Translations under genes and position numbers: made by a program | Shown here: piece after piece, positions 61,699 through 64,000 of the stretch | Layout: every line of letters starts with the position of its first letter | Numbering within the stretch: position 1 is the stretch's first letter | Assembly (NCBI GenBank): GCA_963668645.2 | Contig: CAXXWC010000021.1 | Span: 288,001 to 352,000, forward strand | Direction of reading: 5' to 3' | From: Desulfobacterales bacterium | GTDB lineage: Bacteria > Desulfobacterota > Desulfobacteria > Desulfobacterales > UBA2174 | DNA length: 64,000 nucleotides | The notes under the pieces: generated by a model | What the model saw: the letters and a program-made list of their open reading frames with translations, nothing else | Told to the model about the DNA's origin: nothing | Databases searched by the model: none

Positions 61699-61919
61699 CA
61701 ACCTCCCCACCCTACCGGACAACCTTCCCCCGGGCCGGGGGAAAACGATTTTTCTTTGATAATCGGCGGCTGCGGCCAGACGCCGCCCCTTCAGCATTCG
61801 ACGATCATGGCAAAATCGATATTGCAACCGCAAAGCCGGCGTGATGGGGGCATAAAAAGGGACATATTTATTTTGCACCTCGAACCGTCGTCTGTCCCGG
61901 TTTGCCGGCAGTTAAGGCC

Positions 61920-61963
61920 GCAGGCTGTGCAATAAACAGATTGCACAGCCTGCAATCTTTTTT
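61920..61963. terminator. 14-bp stem-loop with a T tract on the + strand
   Basis: GCAGGCTGTGCAAT-aaacag-ATTGCACAGCCTGC then AATC and a T run. Confidence 0.55.
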
Positions 61964-62022
61964 TTGCCACCCCGAAGAGGAGAGCGCTGGCGGTCGGCTC
62001 CTCAGGGGTTTTCTGCCGTTTT

Positions 62023-62922
62023 CTATTTCTCGGTTTTTTTGGGCTTTTTAAATGTCAGGAAGGGACAAAGTTTGCAGATATCAAAGCCCGGATAGGTTTC
62101 GCCGGTCCTGGGAAACGAAACCCCGCCGTCACGCACCGTACGTTCGAGCATCCAGTGAACCGTCGGCTCCATCTGGTCATATGGCATGATCCAGTTGATT
62201 TCGCCCTGCTCCGTCTTTCCAGCGGTATAACTGCTGCTGCACATTTGTGTGACGTTAAATTTATTCATCACGAAACACTGAACACAGCCGTGGCAGATCG
62301 AGGAATTCATGGTCATGATCATCTCAAAGGGATGATTGTCAAAGGCTGCATCCCAGTCGTTGGCAAGATGATACGACTGAAGAGTGTCACACATGCCGTG
62401 GATCAGGTCCGGCTTGAAGGGGGCCTTGTGCAGCGGAGCGGTAGCGAAAGCCAGCGGTTCCTGGGGCAGTCTTTTTTTGGTCTTGACGAACCGTTCGGCC
62501 TGGTCCCAGTTCTTGGTGTATTTCAAGTGGCTTTTGATTTCACCGTCATCTATTTCTTTCCACTTCATGACAAATTTTGCGTTGGAACATCCAACCTTAT
62601 CGGCGGTCCCGAGAAGGATGTCTCCCCGCTGCCTGCTGGCGGCCACAAAGGCGCAGAAGGTTACGGGATGAAGGGATATTTTATACTCGGCATTGTTCTT
62701 GAAATCGTCCAGTTCCTTCTGATCGAAGAAATACTTTACCGCAACGGGATAGTACTTCATCTTGAGAAGATTCCTCAGAGCAAAGACGATACCCGCATCG
62801 CTGATTTTGCCGCCATCTTTTTCCGCGCGTTGAAGAATCGATTTGGCGAGCGCAACGTCATCAAGGCAAAAGTCATAGTCCATTTCCTTCTCTTCACACG
62901 CTACCGACTGTTCCAATGACAT
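62023..62922 (-). CDS. DUF169-like protein
   Basis: L.MKYYPVAVK, TFC..VAASR, GCSNA, APL....PD, SICHGC; RBS AGGAGG. Confidence 0.75.
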   Translation of the reverse strand: MSLEQSVACEEKEMDYDFCLDDVALAKSILQRAEKDGGKISDAGIVFALRNLLKMKYYPVAVKYFFDQKELDDFKNNAEYKISLHPVTFCAFVAASRQRGDILLGTADKVGCSNAKFVMKWKEIDDGEIKSHLKYTKNWDQAERFVKTKKRLPQEPLAFATAPLHKAPFKPDLIHGMCDTLQSYHLANDWDAAFDNHPFEMIMTMNSSICHGCVQCFVMNKFNVTQMCSSSYTAGKTEQGEINWIMPYDQMEPTVHWMLERTVRDGGVSFPRTGETYPGFDICKLCPFLTFKKPKKTEK

Positions 62923-63138
62923 CCTTGTTACCTCCTTCTTCGATTTTTATTGCCTGTAAAAAGCAAGACATCTCCGGTCTTGCCGTCGTATAAACCCGAT
63001 GTGGAACGGCAAAACACCACACTTTTTCTATTACTGATTATTTTAAATGACGCAGAAAAGGTAAAAGTGCATACTTGGATTTTGTACGCACCACTATGGC
63101 CACCTATATCCGGAGTACTGGTACTATGGGATAATAGG

Positions 63139-63185
63139 CGCAACAAATGTTGCGTTTTTAATGATTAGCGCAACGATTGTCTTGC
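63139..63185. promoter_or_regulatory. Candidate enhancer (UAS) pair
   Basis: CGCAACA-AA-TGTTGCG and a second GCGCAAC..TTGC, about 140-180 nt before a sigma54 promoter. Confidence 0.45.
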
Positions 63186-63320
63186 TTGAATGATCAACAA
63201 GCTATTCAAAAACTCGATTTTTTGTAACGCCCAGTCGCGGCGGGCGTCACCATGCCCAAATCCTGGGCCGACCCCTACTCCCCCGTTCCCTGTCTGTCAA
63301 GTCAAAACCGCAACGGGGCA

Positions 63321-63335
63321 TGGTACAGATATTGC
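63321..63335 (+). promoter_or_regulatory. Sigma54 promoter for the Mo-oxidoreductase gene
   Basis: TGGTACA-GATA-TTGC. Confidence 0.7.
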
Positions 63336-63412
63336 TTATGATCGGCCTTCAATTATTTCAGAACCCTACAGGGTCGAAGGCAGGCAATGATATTTCAACG
63401 CGGAGGCAGACG

Positions 63413-64000
63413 ATGGATAAAGAGGTCTACAGCTTGTGTTTCATGTGCAGCGTCCGCTGTCCCATCAAGATCAAGGTGCGCAACGGACAGGTGCAATGGA
63501 TCGAAGGCAACCCCCATGTTCCGGGAATGGAAGGCAGTCTTTGCCCCCGCGGGGCGGCCGGCATCAATCTGCTCTATGACGACCAGCGGGTACAAAGCCC
63601 GTTGATCCGGATCGGCGAGCGCGGTTCAGGGCAATGGCGCAAGGCCACCTGGGACGAGGCCCTGGATTACGTGGCCGGCAGATTGCGCCCGATCATCGAC
63701 CAGTATGGGGGCCAGAGCGTAATCCTGGGCGAACGCACCCAACTGGCCACCCATGTGAGCAAGACCTTTTTAAAAGCCATTGGCTCGCCCAACCATTTTA
63801 CCCACGATGCCCTGTGCAAGGGGAGTGTCAACACGGCCTGCCGGTCACTGTTCGGCTGTACGGATGCTCAGATGGCCATGGACTACAAAAACACGCGGCA
63901 TATCGTGATTTACGGCCGCAACATCTTTGAGGCCGTCAGCGTCAAGGAGGTCAACAACCTCATGACGGCTTTGGAAAACGGGGCCAAGTTGACCTACATT
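63413..64000 (+). CDS. Molybdopterin oxidoreductase catalytic subunit (PhsA/PsrA-like), runs off the window end
   Basis: Open frame not in the ORF track: MDKEVYSLCFMCSVRC...LCPRG, GERGSGQWRKATWDEALD, SPNHFTHDALC; RBS GGAGG. Confidence 0.88.
   Translation, partial: MDKEVYSLCFMCSVRCPIKIKVRNGQVQWIEGNPHVPGMEGSLCPRGAAGINLLYDDQRVQSPLIRIGERGSGQWRKATWDEALDYVAGRLRPIIDQYGGQSVILGERTQLATHVSKTFLKAIGSPNHFTHDALCKGSVNTACRSLFGCTDAQMAMDYKNTRHIVIYGRNIFEAVSVKEVNNLMTALENGAKLTYI

Overview
GC-rich bacterial chromosomal window; gene content (many sigma54 systems, PAS proteins with the LPICxxCKK tail, pta-ackA, TauE/Mo-oxidoreductase) suggests a Desulfobacterales-like sulfate reducer (inference). The main element is a ~20 kb B12-dependent diol/glycerol dehydratase bacterial microcompartment (PDU-like) locus (4021-26985). 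It is preceded by a PocR-sensor kinase and NarL regulator, then a cobalamin riboswitch plus terminator whose first downstream gene is a stand-alone receiver-domain protein, a candidate new protein-based B12 'inverter' circuit. The locus lacks pduL/pduQ/pduW/pduF but has CcmP-like, GrpU-like, EutJ and flavoprotein genes. Further content: hutH with HutC-like operators; a membrane-bound sigma54 activator with MttB-like and GltS genes; a second pta copy with ackA; an AT-rich PAS islet; housekeeping genes (folE2, ttcA, rpoZ, greA, psd, tsaB, lon, pilD, acnA); a phosphatase/Ser-Thr kinase pair; an orphan second B12 riboswitch; a degenerate sirtuin; and a sigma54-controlled TauE/DUF169/molybdopterin oxidoreductase module running off the right end. 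Apparent frameshifts occur in pduG, an NtrC-type regulator and an amphi-Trp gene. No rRNA, tRNA, CRISPR array or transposase was seen. All calls are by eye, with no database searches.
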